Below, one piece after another: positions 26,849-35,309 of a DNA stretch of 64,000 nucleotides. The first letter of the stretch is position 1. Each line of letters begins with the position of its first letter. The position numbers were made by a program, and so were the translations under genes. The notes beneath the pieces were generated by a model. The model did not search any database. It saw only the letters and a list, made by a program, of their open reading frames with translations, and was not told where the DNA came from. This DNA comes from an uncultured virus (IMG/VR IMGVR_UViG_3300048592_001370) (lineage: Duplodnaviria > Heunggongvirae > Uroviricota > Caudoviricetes), in IMG/VR virus record IMGVR_UViG_3300048592_001370; one strand, 5' to 3'.

Positions 26849-28368
26849 GTCTTCGACAGTTCCTTCGACAGATGTTCCAGTTGTTTCACAATGAACTTCT
26901 TGGGATGCTTCTTCCGGCCTTCCAGTTCCGCGACGTATTTTTCCTGCTCCTCTTTCTTGGCGCTCAGCATATTTGCTTCCAGTGCCTTCAGTTGACGGAT
27001 TCTCAGGTCGAGGATAAACTTTGCTTCCTCGACTGCGATCTTCATGTTCTTTGCCAGATACTCGGCCAGCTGTTGGTCGTTGAACTTTTGCGACAACGCC
27101 TTGATGATAAGTTCCCGGAACTGCACGGCAAGCAACATGAGTTCAAGCTTGCGTATTTCCTTCTGCGAGATAGCGATGTGGTGACTACACGCTTCGATCT
27201 CAAGTTGTTCGCGCCAGGATATCCAGTCCAGAATCAACTGCGAAACAGTCGTAGGCCGAAACTTTGCTTCTGCCTCACCCTTCGAATTGATAAACCGTTC
27301 GGTGACGTTCATGCGGAACTGGCACTTGCTTCTCATGAACTTGTCCGCCGTCTTCTTCGCCAAGGCCTCGTAGTCACGTACTGGCACAGAGCGCTTGAAA
27401 TACACGGCCGACAATCCAAAGCGGTCATCCGGCTCGCTTTCATCGGTAGCAGATTCGACAAAATCGAGGTTGTTCAACGCTTCCAACTTCTTCTTCAAAT
27501 TACCGATTGGAGCGTACTCGTAGAAAACGAAACGCTTCTTGTCTGGCTCAATACGGTACATTGATTTGAACGTGATCGAGCCAATGCCTGTTTTGAAGAA
27601 ACGCTTGATCTCCGGCATCGTCTCTTTGTTTGAGATTGCGGTGCCACCGTACTCGCAGGTGAATTTGAGCTTCTGGAAGCAGAGCTGCGGGGTTGCTTCT
27701 TGCCCTGTCAGGATGTCTGTCACCAGCTCGATTATGCTCGGCAACGTGAAGCGTGGAACCTCCGATGTGGTTCCCACGCCAATTCCCGACGTACCGTTCA
27801 GCAACAGATTGGGAAGCAAACTAGGTATCACCAGCGGTTCCACATCCTTGGCGTCATAGTTGGGAACCATCTTGGTCACTGCCATGTAGAACGGGTCGAA
27901 CAGCACGAGATCGGCATAGCGTGAGATACGCGCATTCGTGTATCGCATAGCCGCAGCCTTTGGCTCCGACAGCGTCCCAAAGTTTCCTTCACCTTCCAGG
28001 AGCTGTTGCGATAGTCCCACCATAGTCACGAGCGCGCCATAGGCCGCGCTATCCCCATGCGGGTGATACTTGCCGATTGTCTCACCTACGATCCGCGCCG
28101 ATTTGACAACCGAACGCTTGCTAGTGGCCCCTATGCCATAGGCCGCCCACAGAGTTCTCCGATGTACTGGCTTTAGTCCGTCGCGGAAATCAGGAAGGCT
28201 GCGATCTTCGTTCACTGCTACACCGTAGCGATACATGAACTTCCTGGCTAGATCGTTGATGTGTGCTTCCTTGATCTTGCCTGCCACAGATCCAGCGATC
28301 GTCACCTTCCTTGGTTTTGAGGGCCTCAAATTCTTTGCTTTCTCAGTCCTCGAAATTTTGATTGGCAT
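26845..28368 (-). CDS. gyrA: Type IIA topoisomerase subunit A (GyrA/ParC-like, no CTD)
   Basis: RSLPDFRDGLKPVHRR, KSAR, YHPHGD, GNFG, AAMRYT. Confidence 0.93.
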   Translation of the reverse strand: MPIKISRTEKAKNLRPSKPRKVTIAGSVAGKIKEAHINDLARKFMYRYGVAVNEDRSLPDFRDGLKPVHRRTLWAAYGIGATSKRSVVKSARIVGETIGKYHPHGDSAAYGALVTMVGLSQQLLEGEGNFGTLSEPKAAAMRYTNARISRYADLVLFDPFYMAVTKMVPNYDAKDVEPLVIPSLLPNLLLNGTSGIGVGTTSEVPRFTLPSIIELVTDILTGQEATPQLCFQKLKFTCEYGGTAISNKETMPEIKRFFKTGIGSITFKSMYRIEPDKKRFVFYEYAPIGNLKKKLEALNNLDFVESATDESEPDDRFGLSAVYFKRSVPVRDYEALAKKTADKFMRSKCQFRMNVTERFINSKGEAEAKFRPTTVSQLILDWISWREQLEIEACSHHIAISQKEIRKLELMLLAVQFRELIIKALSQKFNDQQLAEYLAKNMKIAVEEAKFILDLRIRQLKALEANMLSAKKEEQEKYVAELEGRKKHPKKFIVKQLEHLSKELSKT

Positions 28369-28404
28369 TTATTTGTCCTATCAAGTCTGACATCGCTATT
28401 GGTT

Positions 28405-28433
28405 ATTATACGTGAAAGTAGAACGGCACGCAA
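28405..28433 (-). promoter_or_regulatory. sigma70-type promoter TTGCGT-N17-TATAAT for gyrA
   Basis: Perfect -10 with 17-nt spacer in the intergenic gap. Confidence 0.65.
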
Positions 28434-28469
28434 CCCAGAAGTTCTGGCGTCCCCGTGCCGTCTATATGC

Positions 28470-29069
28470 TTAGTTCCGGAATGCGTTCCGAACAGACATC
28501 GCGATTTGGCGTGGCGTCATGTGTTCGCCGCGCTCGTACTGAAGAGCGAACAGAACCGTTCCCATCGCGAATGGGATTTTGTTCTTGGTGGCGAATTTTT
28601 CGAGACCCTTGATGACACGAACCACCTGTTTCCCATTCAAGGAACCAAGCGTTCCGCGTTCGGGATCCGCAAGCAGTAGGTATTTCACCGCTCGGTATTG
28701 CATGACACGGTCTTTTGTGTAACAGGCTACGGTCATGAGATTCTTGATCATAGTCTCTTCGCCGCGGTTCGTCATGTCCACGTCTTTCATCATGGACTCG
28801 AACAGCTGCATTTCGCCGTGCAGGAAAGTGCGGACGCGCAGTTGCTCTGCGTTCGCCTTGTTTGTATCCGCTACTTCTTGTGTTTCCATTTCGTCGTTTT
28901 CCTCCAAATGAAGCCGAACAAGATTCTTTGCATGAACCGATGTATAAAGTTTGGACCATGTACCGAGCAAACAACTAACCCATCCTTGGCAAACGCGCAT
29001 TCCCAATTCCGAACAGGAATGTGGAGCAAGGCTATTCCCGGCTGGGTAGAAGCTTTGTACTTGGGACAC
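28470..29069 (-). CDS. Hypothetical protein between the topoisomerase subunit genes
   Basis: ORF; start uncertain, possibly METQEV. Confidence 0.6.
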   Translation of the reverse strand: MSQVQSFYPAGNSLAPHSCSELGMRVCQGWVSCLLGTWSKLYTSVHAKNLVRLHLEENDEMETQEVADTNKANAEQLRVRTFLHGEMQLFESMMKDVDMTNRGEETMIKNLMTVACYTKDRVMQYRAVKYLLLADPERGTLGSLNGKQVVRVIKGLEKFATKNKIPFAMGTVLFALQYERGEHMTPRQIAMSVRNAFRN

Positions 29070-29133
29070 CAGATCTGACCAAAGTCTGTTCCGGTGACCC
29101 AGATCACTACATCTCGGAGCAAACCGCGCCAGC

Positions 29134-30981
29134 TTATACCACGTTCAAGAGTTTCTTCCGATATCCTGAATCGGCTCCCATCAGCAGTTGAAACTCCTTC
29201 TTGCCGTTCTTGTCTATTGGTGGCATCACTTTCCATAGTCGCCTGTTCTCCCTGCTGAACGCAATCTCGCGCATGTCAGTCGAGCTGATCTCACCCCAGC
29301 CCTTGATGTGCTGCACAGTTACCTTGTCACTCCCTGTCTGCTTGTAGATTATTTCCTTCGTCATGCCAAAGTAGGTACGGTTCTTATATCGGGCCAAGTA
29401 CTCCGGTGCCGATACTACGAATACTCGTCCTTCCTTTATCAGGTCTGGCAGATACTCCCAGAACAAAGTTAGCAACAGACAGTTGATATGGAAGCCATCG
29501 ACGTCCGGATCCGCCAAATACATCACATAGCCTACACGCAGCTTCTGCATCGGATGCGCCGTACTCATGTCTAGACCGACAGATGCTAGGATACCAGCCA
29601 CCTCCTCGGAGTTGACGATCTTGGCTTTCGACTCCCGCATGGCGTTCACGATCTTGCCCTTCATGGGCCACACTTCCTGAAAGTCTTTGAAGCGCGCCTG
29701 CTTTGCAGTACCTCCGGCTGAGTCACCTTCCACTAGATACAGCTCACGGTTCTCCGCGGGGCATTTGAGAGCCATCGCCAACTTTGCAGGTAAGGTCTTT
29801 TTCGCCGCCTTGATCTTCTTTATAAGGCGCTTGTCTTTCAGGAACTCATCCGTCTTCTTGCGAAGCTCTGCGGCTCTCTGACACACTTGCTTGGCCAGGC
29901 TTTTGTGTGCCTTCCAAAACGCTTGGAATTCGTGCAAACACGTTTCGTAGCACGGTTTCCCTACCCGTTCATCGACCAGTTTCTCTTTCGTCTGCGAGTC
30001 GAATCGTGGAGCGTCGACCTTGTAGTTCAGCAGTCCGAGCAAACCCTCCTTCACGTCGGTCGGTGTGAATTCACTGCGACCCTTGTAAGGTTTGAGAGAC
30101 TCATTCAGAGCCCTGAACATTGCGTCCGCATGAACGCCGCATTCGATATTCCGGATGGTGTTTGTGAAGAACTCGACGTTACACCCTTCTGCATCCGAGA
30201 AGCCAATAATGAGTTCCACGTTCTGCAGATTGACAAATATGGGTTTGCCGAGTATATCGCACTTCAGGTCGGCAACCCGTTTCTTCAAGTAGTCCTGGAT
30301 GCCGTTCTTCGATACCCACGTCTTCGACTTGCCGTCCGGACGCGAATAGGTGATAGGGAGTTTTGCGTTGAGATAGGCAGTGAGTTCCGCCCAGTTGAAC
30401 AAGTCCTTCTCGTTAAACTTGGCCTTGCCAAAGATGGTTTCGTCAGGGACGAATTCTATCACCGTCCCTTTCTTGGGACGAGTACCATCTGGTAACTTGG
30501 GAGCCTTCGCCACGGAGACCTTGAGTGTTTCCTTACCCTTCTCGAAACGGGTCGTATGCCACTTCCCGTCGCGGAACGTCCATACTTGGAATTCCTTTGA
30601 GAGGGCGTTCGTAGCCTTTAGACCCACTCCATGTGTTCCGATGCTAGACGTGTAGGCTTTGCCGTCCATCTTGCCGCCGCTCTGCAACGACGTCAAGACA
30701 ACTGTCAAGGTCGACTTCTTGGCGATCTTGTGAATGCCGACTGGGATACCGATTCCTGAATCGACAACCACGAACGACTTCTTGGTTTGGAACACGCGAA
30801 TGCTGTCATTGCGTCCGGCACGTGCTTCATCGACTGCGTTGTCCAAACACTCTCGCAGTATCGTCATCAGACCTGCCGAGTCTGTTGGTCCAATGTACAT
30901 CTGCGGCTTGGCGCGAATCTTGGCAGTGTCTGTGTGGAAATACGTGACGCTGCTTTCGTCGTACTTCAGCTTTTTTGTCAT
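29134..30981 (-). CDS. gyrB: Type IIA topoisomerase subunit B (GyrB/ParE-like)
   Basis: ECLDNAVDE, DSGIGIP, GTHGVG, EGDSAGG, PMKGK, DPDVDG, IKGWGE. Confidence 0.93.
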   Translation of the reverse strand: MTKKLKYDESSVTYFHTDTAKIRAKPQMYIGPTDSAGLMTILRECLDNAVDEARAGRNDSIRVFQTKKSFVVVDSGIGIPVGIHKIAKKSTLTVVLTSLQSGGKMDGKAYTSSIGTHGVGLKATNALSKEFQVWTFRDGKWHTTRFEKGKETLKVSVAKAPKLPDGTRPKKGTVIEFVPDETIFGKAKFNEKDLFNWAELTAYLNAKLPITYSRPDGKSKTWVSKNGIQDYLKKRVADLKCDILGKPIFVNLQNVELIIGFSDAEGCNVEFFTNTIRNIECGVHADAMFRALNESLKPYKGRSEFTPTDVKEGLLGLLNYKVDAPRFDSQTKEKLVDERVGKPCYETCLHEFQAFWKAHKSLAKQVCQRAAELRKKTDEFLKDKRLIKKIKAAKKTLPAKLAMALKCPAENRELYLVEGDSAGGTAKQARFKDFQEVWPMKGKIVNAMRESKAKIVNSEEVAGILASVGLDMSTAHPMQKLRVGYVMYLADPDVDGFHINCLLLTLFWEYLPDLIKEGRVFVVSAPEYLARYKNRTYFGMTKEIIYKQTGSDKVTVQHIKGWGEISSTDMREIAFSRENRRLWKVMPPIDKNGKKEFQLLMGADSGYRKKLLNVV

Positions 30982-31026
30982 GTTAAGAGACCCAAAGGTT
31001 AGGAGGCGTCTTACAGCGCCTACTAT

Positions 31027-31055
31027 ATTTTACAACAAGAGCGTTCCTTAGTCAA
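31027..31055 (-). promoter_or_regulatory. sigma70-type promoter TTGACT-N17-TAAAAT for gyrB
   Basis: Near-consensus hexamers, 17-nt spacer. Confidence 0.7.
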
Positions 31056-31893
31056 GTACCTTCGTTTCTGTGAGTCGTGGTCCCGTGCGCGAGATGATGT
31101 CGTAGATGTCTCCCTGGGTTGCGTGGTAAGCGTAGGCATATTCGACTTTTTTGACGAACAGTCTCAAATCCTCGTTCGCTACGGTACTCAGCCACGTAGG
31201 TCCCTTATCCACTATCTCTTCCCGAGAGAAGCCGTGGTCGATAGAATCAACAATCGTCGCTATCGCATTCTCCACCTTGATAGAGTAGGCCAGGTCCTCC
31301 GTAGTCACAGCCTTGATAAAGTCCTCATTCTGCTTACGGTAGTGTCTGCGAAGATAAAGTGCGTGCTGAGACTCGCGCTGTACCGACTCAATGGCTACCA
31401 AGCGAAAGCCCGCGTTCCTAGCACGTTTCTCCACCTCGGCCAGGAAGCGGGCATAGTAACCTTTGCGCTGTTGCATTACGGAGACGTTAATGTTGCCAAT
31501 GCAGAAGCAGTCTATCACTTCGCCGTGCCAGGCTCGCATCACGCGCTTGGTATAGACAGACAGGATTTCCTCGTTCCCGTGCCGGAGCGTCATCCAGGTT
31601 CCGAATCTAGAACCTAGGGCATTAGCCATCGCGGCCGATACCAAGGAGGGTAACGTCTGGAAGGTATGGTCTTCCTCGAATGAAGCGTGTGCCTTCAATG
31701 CATCGGTGAGCGAAGATGGGGACACTTCGCAACGCAGGTCCGTTCGCTCGGCGTTCATTGTATCCGCTTCTGACCTACCGAACCATTCGACGGCCAAGCG
31801 CGTACTACTCAAGCCGTCTAAAACTGATCTGTAGAGGCTTTTGATTTGGTCTAAGAGCGACCGATAGAACTGGAGCAGCGTTTTCCTTGCCAT
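31048..31893 (-). CDS. Protein with GNAT-like acetyltransferase segment
   Basis: IGNINVSVMQQRKGY (QxxG motif A)...ALYLRRHY. Confidence 0.55.
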   Translation of the reverse strand: MARKTLLQFYRSLLDQIKSLYRSVLDGLSSTRLAVEWFGRSEADTMNAERTDLRCEVSPSSLTDALKAHASFEEDHTFQTLPSLVSAAMANALGSRFGTWMTLRHGNEEILSVYTKRVMRAWHGEVIDCFCIGNINVSVMQQRKGYYARFLAEVEKRARNAGFRLVAIESVQRESQHALYLRRHYRKQNEDFIKAVTTEDLAYSIKVENAIATIVDSIDHGFSREEIVDKGPTWLSTVANEDLRLFVKKVEYAYAYHATQGDIYDIISRTGPRLTETKVLD

Positions 31894-32338
31894 AGCGAAT
31901 CCCTTCTTGTTCTCCGTAGAATTTATGTTGACCGATCTGCATTTTGTACGGCTTTTGCTTCGACCAAGTAGGGTTGACATACGTCGCGTGGAAATAGAAC
32001 ATGTCGCGGTACGGATGTGGTTTAGACCACGACGACATCACGCTCACTGCTAAGGCTTTCACTGCCAGCCATTGCGGACTCTTCTGATTCACACGTTTGG
32101 ATGGGCCAACTTTGTAGCCTATTCTCTGTCCATCCCGGTAGATTGCCTCCTTGTTGCCGATGGTCCAGGAAAACTGGTCATCCTCGAAGACGGTTTCGCA
32201 CAAGTCCTTGTTTAGGGCGTTCGCCCTGTTGATAGTGACGTATGCTACGGCCTTCTGTCCTTCGATTGGTTCGGAACCAGCCTCGTGCCAAATGTTGAGC
32301 GCGAGACATGCTAAAGCTATTTCGTATCCGGACGCCAT
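31805..32338 (-). CDS. Cell wall hydrolase, SleB/Hydrolase_2 family
   Basis: CLALNIWHEAGSE, VAYVTINR, QFSW, YFHATYVNPTW, IGQHKFY. Confidence 0.9.
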   Translation of the reverse strand: MASGYEIALACLALNIWHEAGSEPIEGQKAVAYVTINRANALNKDLCETVFEDDQFSWTIGNKEAIYRDGQRIGYKVGPSKRVNQKSPQWLAVKALAVSVMSSWSKPHPYRDMFYFHATYVNPTWSKQKPYKMQIGQHKFYGEQEGIRYGKENAAPVLSVALRPNQKPLQISFRRLE

Positions 32339-32346
32339 GAGCCCTC

Positions 32347-32718
32347 CTAGTTAGACGGGAATTTCGGAAAACGTCTGCCCTCGCAATCATCTTCGAGGAT
32401 GCCGTTCCGAATGAAACCGTGATACCGTCCTACCAAGTTTATGCTTGGAGTTATTGTGATGGCAGGTAACGTTCCGGAGACCTGCCAAGAGCCTTCTTTA
32501 TTGTCTGTTGGGAAGAAATCGACACAGAAGTGAGTCAGAGAATTGCCGTCTGGTATGAGTACCACTATCGGCATTCGCGTGTCTTTTATGGAGAGGTATC
32601 TTTTGGAGAGAAGGTGCTGCCAGTCCAGAAGCTCTTCGTCGTACCAACATGCTCCGGGACGGTATTCTTCTTCGCCTAAGCGAGGCTGTCGTGTTACTAG
32701 GAATAAGGGCCAAGCCAT
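32347..32718 (-). CDS. Hypothetical (DUF6527-like) protein
   Basis: ITITPSI...YHGFIRNG. Confidence 0.55.
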   Translation of the reverse strand: MAWPLFLVTRQPRLGEEEYRPGACWYDEELLDWQHLLSKRYLSIKDTRMPIVVLIPDGNSLTHFCVDFFPTDNKEGSWQVSGTLPAITITPSINLVGRYHGFIRNGILEDDCEGRRFPKFPSN

Positions 32719-32759
32719 CTTTGTTTCCTTTCTTGGTCTTGGATAGAGTAAGTGACTGC

Positions 32760-33052
32760 GGTTTTTGGAACTGGGTGGGTCTAGGCCCAGAACTACCGGA
32801 GTGGGTGCACTCTGCAACGCTGGCCGGCAACGAAAGGGAGAACGGAACGGGCGCAACTTTGCAGATCTTGTGCTTGCCAGTCGAGGTCAGAATCGGGAAC
32901 CGACCGGCGCGACGGCCAGTGACCATTCAGCCACGGCCCGGGCCCCGTAGGGCCAACCACTCATACTTGCGTACTTTTGCTATCCCGAGACGTACCAACC
33001 GACAATCATAAGGTTCCGTCCCGGCTACCAACGCCAGCTTACGCGGGCGTGA
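32760..33052 (-). ncRNA. Candidate ~300-nt structured ncRNA downstream of hfq
   Basis: GUAA, GCAA and cUACGg tetraloop hairpins, further stems and a 10-bp long-range helix; no credible ORF. Confidence 0.65.
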
Positions 33053-33061
33053 GTTAAATTA

Positions 33062-33268
33062 CTACGAAGCGCTCATAGGATTGATCGTGGAGATAGCACT
33101 CAGATGAACCATCTGGTCCGTGGTATTCGACAGAATCAGGCAAACGTCGTCCTGTTTCGTCACGGTGCCGTTCAACTTAATGCCGTTGACCAGATACACG
33201 TGGCACGGTCTCTCGTTTTCAATCAGACTCGAAATGAACGCCTTCCGTATTTCCGAATTTTGTGTCAT
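33062..33268 (-). CDS. hfq: RNA chaperone Hfq (Sm fold)
   Basis: Sm1 VYLVNGIKLNG; Sm2 QMVHLSAISTI. Confidence 0.9.
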   Translation of the reverse strand: MTQNSEIRKAFISSLIENERPCHVYLVNGIKLNGTVTKQDDVCLILSNTTDQMVHLSAISTINPMSAS

Positions 33269-33279
33269 TGAGTGCCTTG

Positions 33280-33783
33280 TTATTGAGGCAGCTGTACCTC
33301 CGCCGCCACGTGCTTGTGAGTGGGAGTGGCCTTACCCTTCGCCTGTTTCTTCCGACCCTTACCTTTCTTGGGCTTGACCGGTTTTGCCGATTTGCCGACG
33401 ATGGGTTTGTCATGACCTTCGAACGGTGAAATCTCGGGGCCCGTCAAGGTCATCTCCATCGACATCGGCATGACGACCTTGTCCTTGTTGAACCGTTCTT
33501 TCAGCTCGTAGCCCTTGTCCTTGTTCAGGGGCACATTCGGGGAAACGAAAACGCGCAAGGCACTCGTCTTCCCGCTCTTGAGGAAGAGCGTGGGCGCTTG
33601 CCGCGGTTCGGCTTCCTTCGGAATCACCGCGAAGGCCGACCCCACCGGCAGCTTCTTGAACGGGATGCCAGTCTTCCGATCGAGTTCCAGAACCGTCGGC
33701 CCCAACACCTTGCTGGCGAACTGGAAGAGGTTGTAGTTCTTGTCGGAACCACGCGCAGAAATTGCATGCTGTTTTGTTTGCAT
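33280..33783 (-). CDS. Basic hypothetical protein
   Basis: AGGAG RBS; Lys-rich C terminus; 11 nt upstream of hfq. Confidence 0.7.
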   Translation of the reverse strand: MQTKQHAISARGSDKNYNLFQFASKVLGPTVLELDRKTGIPFKKLPVGSAFAVIPKEAEPRQAPTLFLKSGKTSALRVFVSPNVPLNKDKGYELKERFNKDKVVMPMSMEMTLTGPEISPFEGHDKPIVGKSAKPVKPKKGKGRKKQAKGKATPTHKHVAAEVQLPQ

Positions 33784-33861
33784 TACTATCTCCTGAGAGA
33801 ATATAGGTACGTCGTCGAAGAAAAGCTGGGTGGAGAGACGTACCAAAATGCTCCACCCAGC

Positions 33862-33887
33862 CTGGTCTGATTCCGGAATCAGGCCGG
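33862..33887. terminator. Stable hairpin between genes
   Basis: CTGGTCTGATTCCGGAATCAGGCCGG near-palindrome; no clear U tract. Confidence 0.4.
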
Positions 33888-33889
33888 TA

Positions 33890-34585
33890 TTACTGCGGAA
33901 TGTTGATTCCGAGCCGCTGACACATCTCGTCGAACCAAACGGTGATTTCGATGTTCTGCTTCTCTTCGTCTCCGCTCAGGCTCAGCAGCCCTTTACGCGC
34001 TGCCATTTGCGCCGCTGCTTCGTAACCTACTTCGACACCCGAAGCAAGCATGTCGGCTACGCTGTCCTCGAACACGAGCTGTTCTTTGGCGTCGTACACC
34101 TGTTGTTGCACTTCCTCGTCGTAACGAGTCAGTTTGGCTTCGAGTTCCGCGAGGCCGTCGGTATCGCGCGCCATAGCCGTCTCGATCATCTTCCGAGCGT
34201 AGCTACGTGCGTTCACCCCAATGACCATGCGAAGTTCGCGAGCCGGGCAGGCATCGTTGCCCTTCGACCAGTGACAGTTGGAGAACGGCTTCACCTGGAT
34301 GGGCTTTTTCTGGCCCTTCAGGCGAACGTTCGACAGCACAGTCGTAAAGTGCGAGCAGCGGATGCAGTTGGCGCTGAAGATGAAGATCGTTGCCACAGAG
34401 GGGACTTCCTGTGTTTCCACAATCTCCTCCATCGCTTCCCCAACTTGTCCTTCCTCCTGCTTCTTGCTCTCCGGCTCGGCCGTCACGGTCCCTTCTTCGA
34501 CGATTGCCTCGTCTCCGAAGTCACCGTCAACGTCCTCGTCTTCCTCGACGGGCGCTGCTTTTACTGCGGTTTTGATTGCTGCCAT
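33890..34585 (-). CDS. Hypothetical acidic Cys-cluster protein
   Basis: CIRCSHF..C..CP; AGGAG RBS. Confidence 0.7.
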   Translation of the reverse strand: MAAIKTAVKAAPVEEDEDVDGDFGDEAIVEEGTVTAEPESKKQEEGQVGEAMEEIVETQEVPSVATIFIFSANCIRCSHFTTVLSNVRLKGQKKPIQVKPFSNCHWSKGNDACPARELRMVIGVNARSYARKMIETAMARDTDGLAELEAKLTRYDEEVQQQVYDAKEQLVFEDSVADMLASGVEVGYEAAAQMAARKGLLSLSGDEEKQNIEITVWFDEMCQRLGINIPQ

Positions 34586-34652
34586 AGAGGCTCCTTCTGA
34601 CGTGACTTGTTTGACTAGGTGGTGGTTTCCCACCACCCTTTGCGATTACTGG

Positions 34653-35180
34653 TTATTCCCAGTCCTCGTCGTCGTCCGACTCTTCTTCCTCGTCGTCGTC
34701 CGACTCTTCGTCATCGTCATCGGATTCCTCGTCATCGTCGTCCGACTCTTCGTCGTCATCCGATTCCTCGGATTCCTCGTCGTCGGATTCCTCGTCGTCA
34801 TCCGATTCCTCGGCTTCGGACGCGCCGGAGGGGGCGCCGTCGACGGAAATCGACATGCCGGTGGCCGCTTCCAGAACCACTTGCGTGCCGTCTTCCAGGG
34901 TGACAACCAGGTTGCCGTTCTCGTCACGCTCGATGTTCGTAGCGGCAAAGTTGTAGGTTACGGCCACGTTGAACGCAGCGCCACCGCCCTTGCGGGACTT
35001 CTTGGCAGGACGTTCTTTCTTGGCCGGGCGCTCCTTCTTCACCGGACGCGTCTTCTTCGCGGTACGAGTCTTCTTCGCCGGGGCTTCTTTCGCAGCCCGG
35101 GTCTTCTTCACGGTGCGCTCCTTCTTGGCGGCGCGGGCGGGTTTGGCGGGTTTCTTGCTCTTGCGAGTAGGCTTGGCCAT
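34653..35180 (-). CDS. Bipolar histone-like protein (basic repeats plus acidic repeats)
   Basis: KK(E/T)R(P/T/A)(A/V) hexads; (E)ESDDDE tail repeats. Confidence 0.8.
   Translation of the reverse strand: MAKPTRKSKKPAKPARAAKKERTVKKTRAAKEAPAKKTRTAKKTRPVKKERPAKKERPAKKSRKGGGAAFNVAVTYNFAATNIERDENGNLVVTLEDGTQVVLEAATGMSISVDGAPSGASEAEESDDDEESDDEESEESDDDEESDDDDEESDDDDEESDDDEEEESDDDEDWE
34660..34812 (-). repeat. Coding tandem repeat encoding ESDD(D)E(E)
   Basis: Repeated TCGTCGTC(G/A)TC(C/G)GA(C/T)TC(T/C)TC units. Confidence 0.8.
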
Positions 35181-35309
35181 GTAGCAATTTCCTTTCATGA
35201 AAGTGGACGCTCTTTTATTGAAAACGCTATCCAGCGAGCAACCAAGTTCTGGATACCGTTAGGAACATTTTACACTGATTCAAAACGGGTCAGTTCCCTT
35301 TACCGTGTT

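Noticed and set aside
32870..32900. GATTCTGACCTCGAC on the - strand resembles the tmRNA 5' end (GATTCTGGATTCGAC)
   Set aside because: No GGGG acceptor start, no T-arm or CCA end and no tag ORF ending in Ala-Ala, so it is not called tmRNA
32498..33011. ORFs 32498-32926 (-), 32649-33011 (+) and 32765-32950 (+) across the candidate ncRNA
   Set aside because: No RBS, Arg/Pro-rich shadow-like composition, and overlap with the better gene at 32347-32718
34660..34812. Tandem repeats that might be a CRISPR array
   Set aside because: No unique spacers; codon-level repeats encoding an acidic tail. I saw no CRISPR array or cas gene in the window
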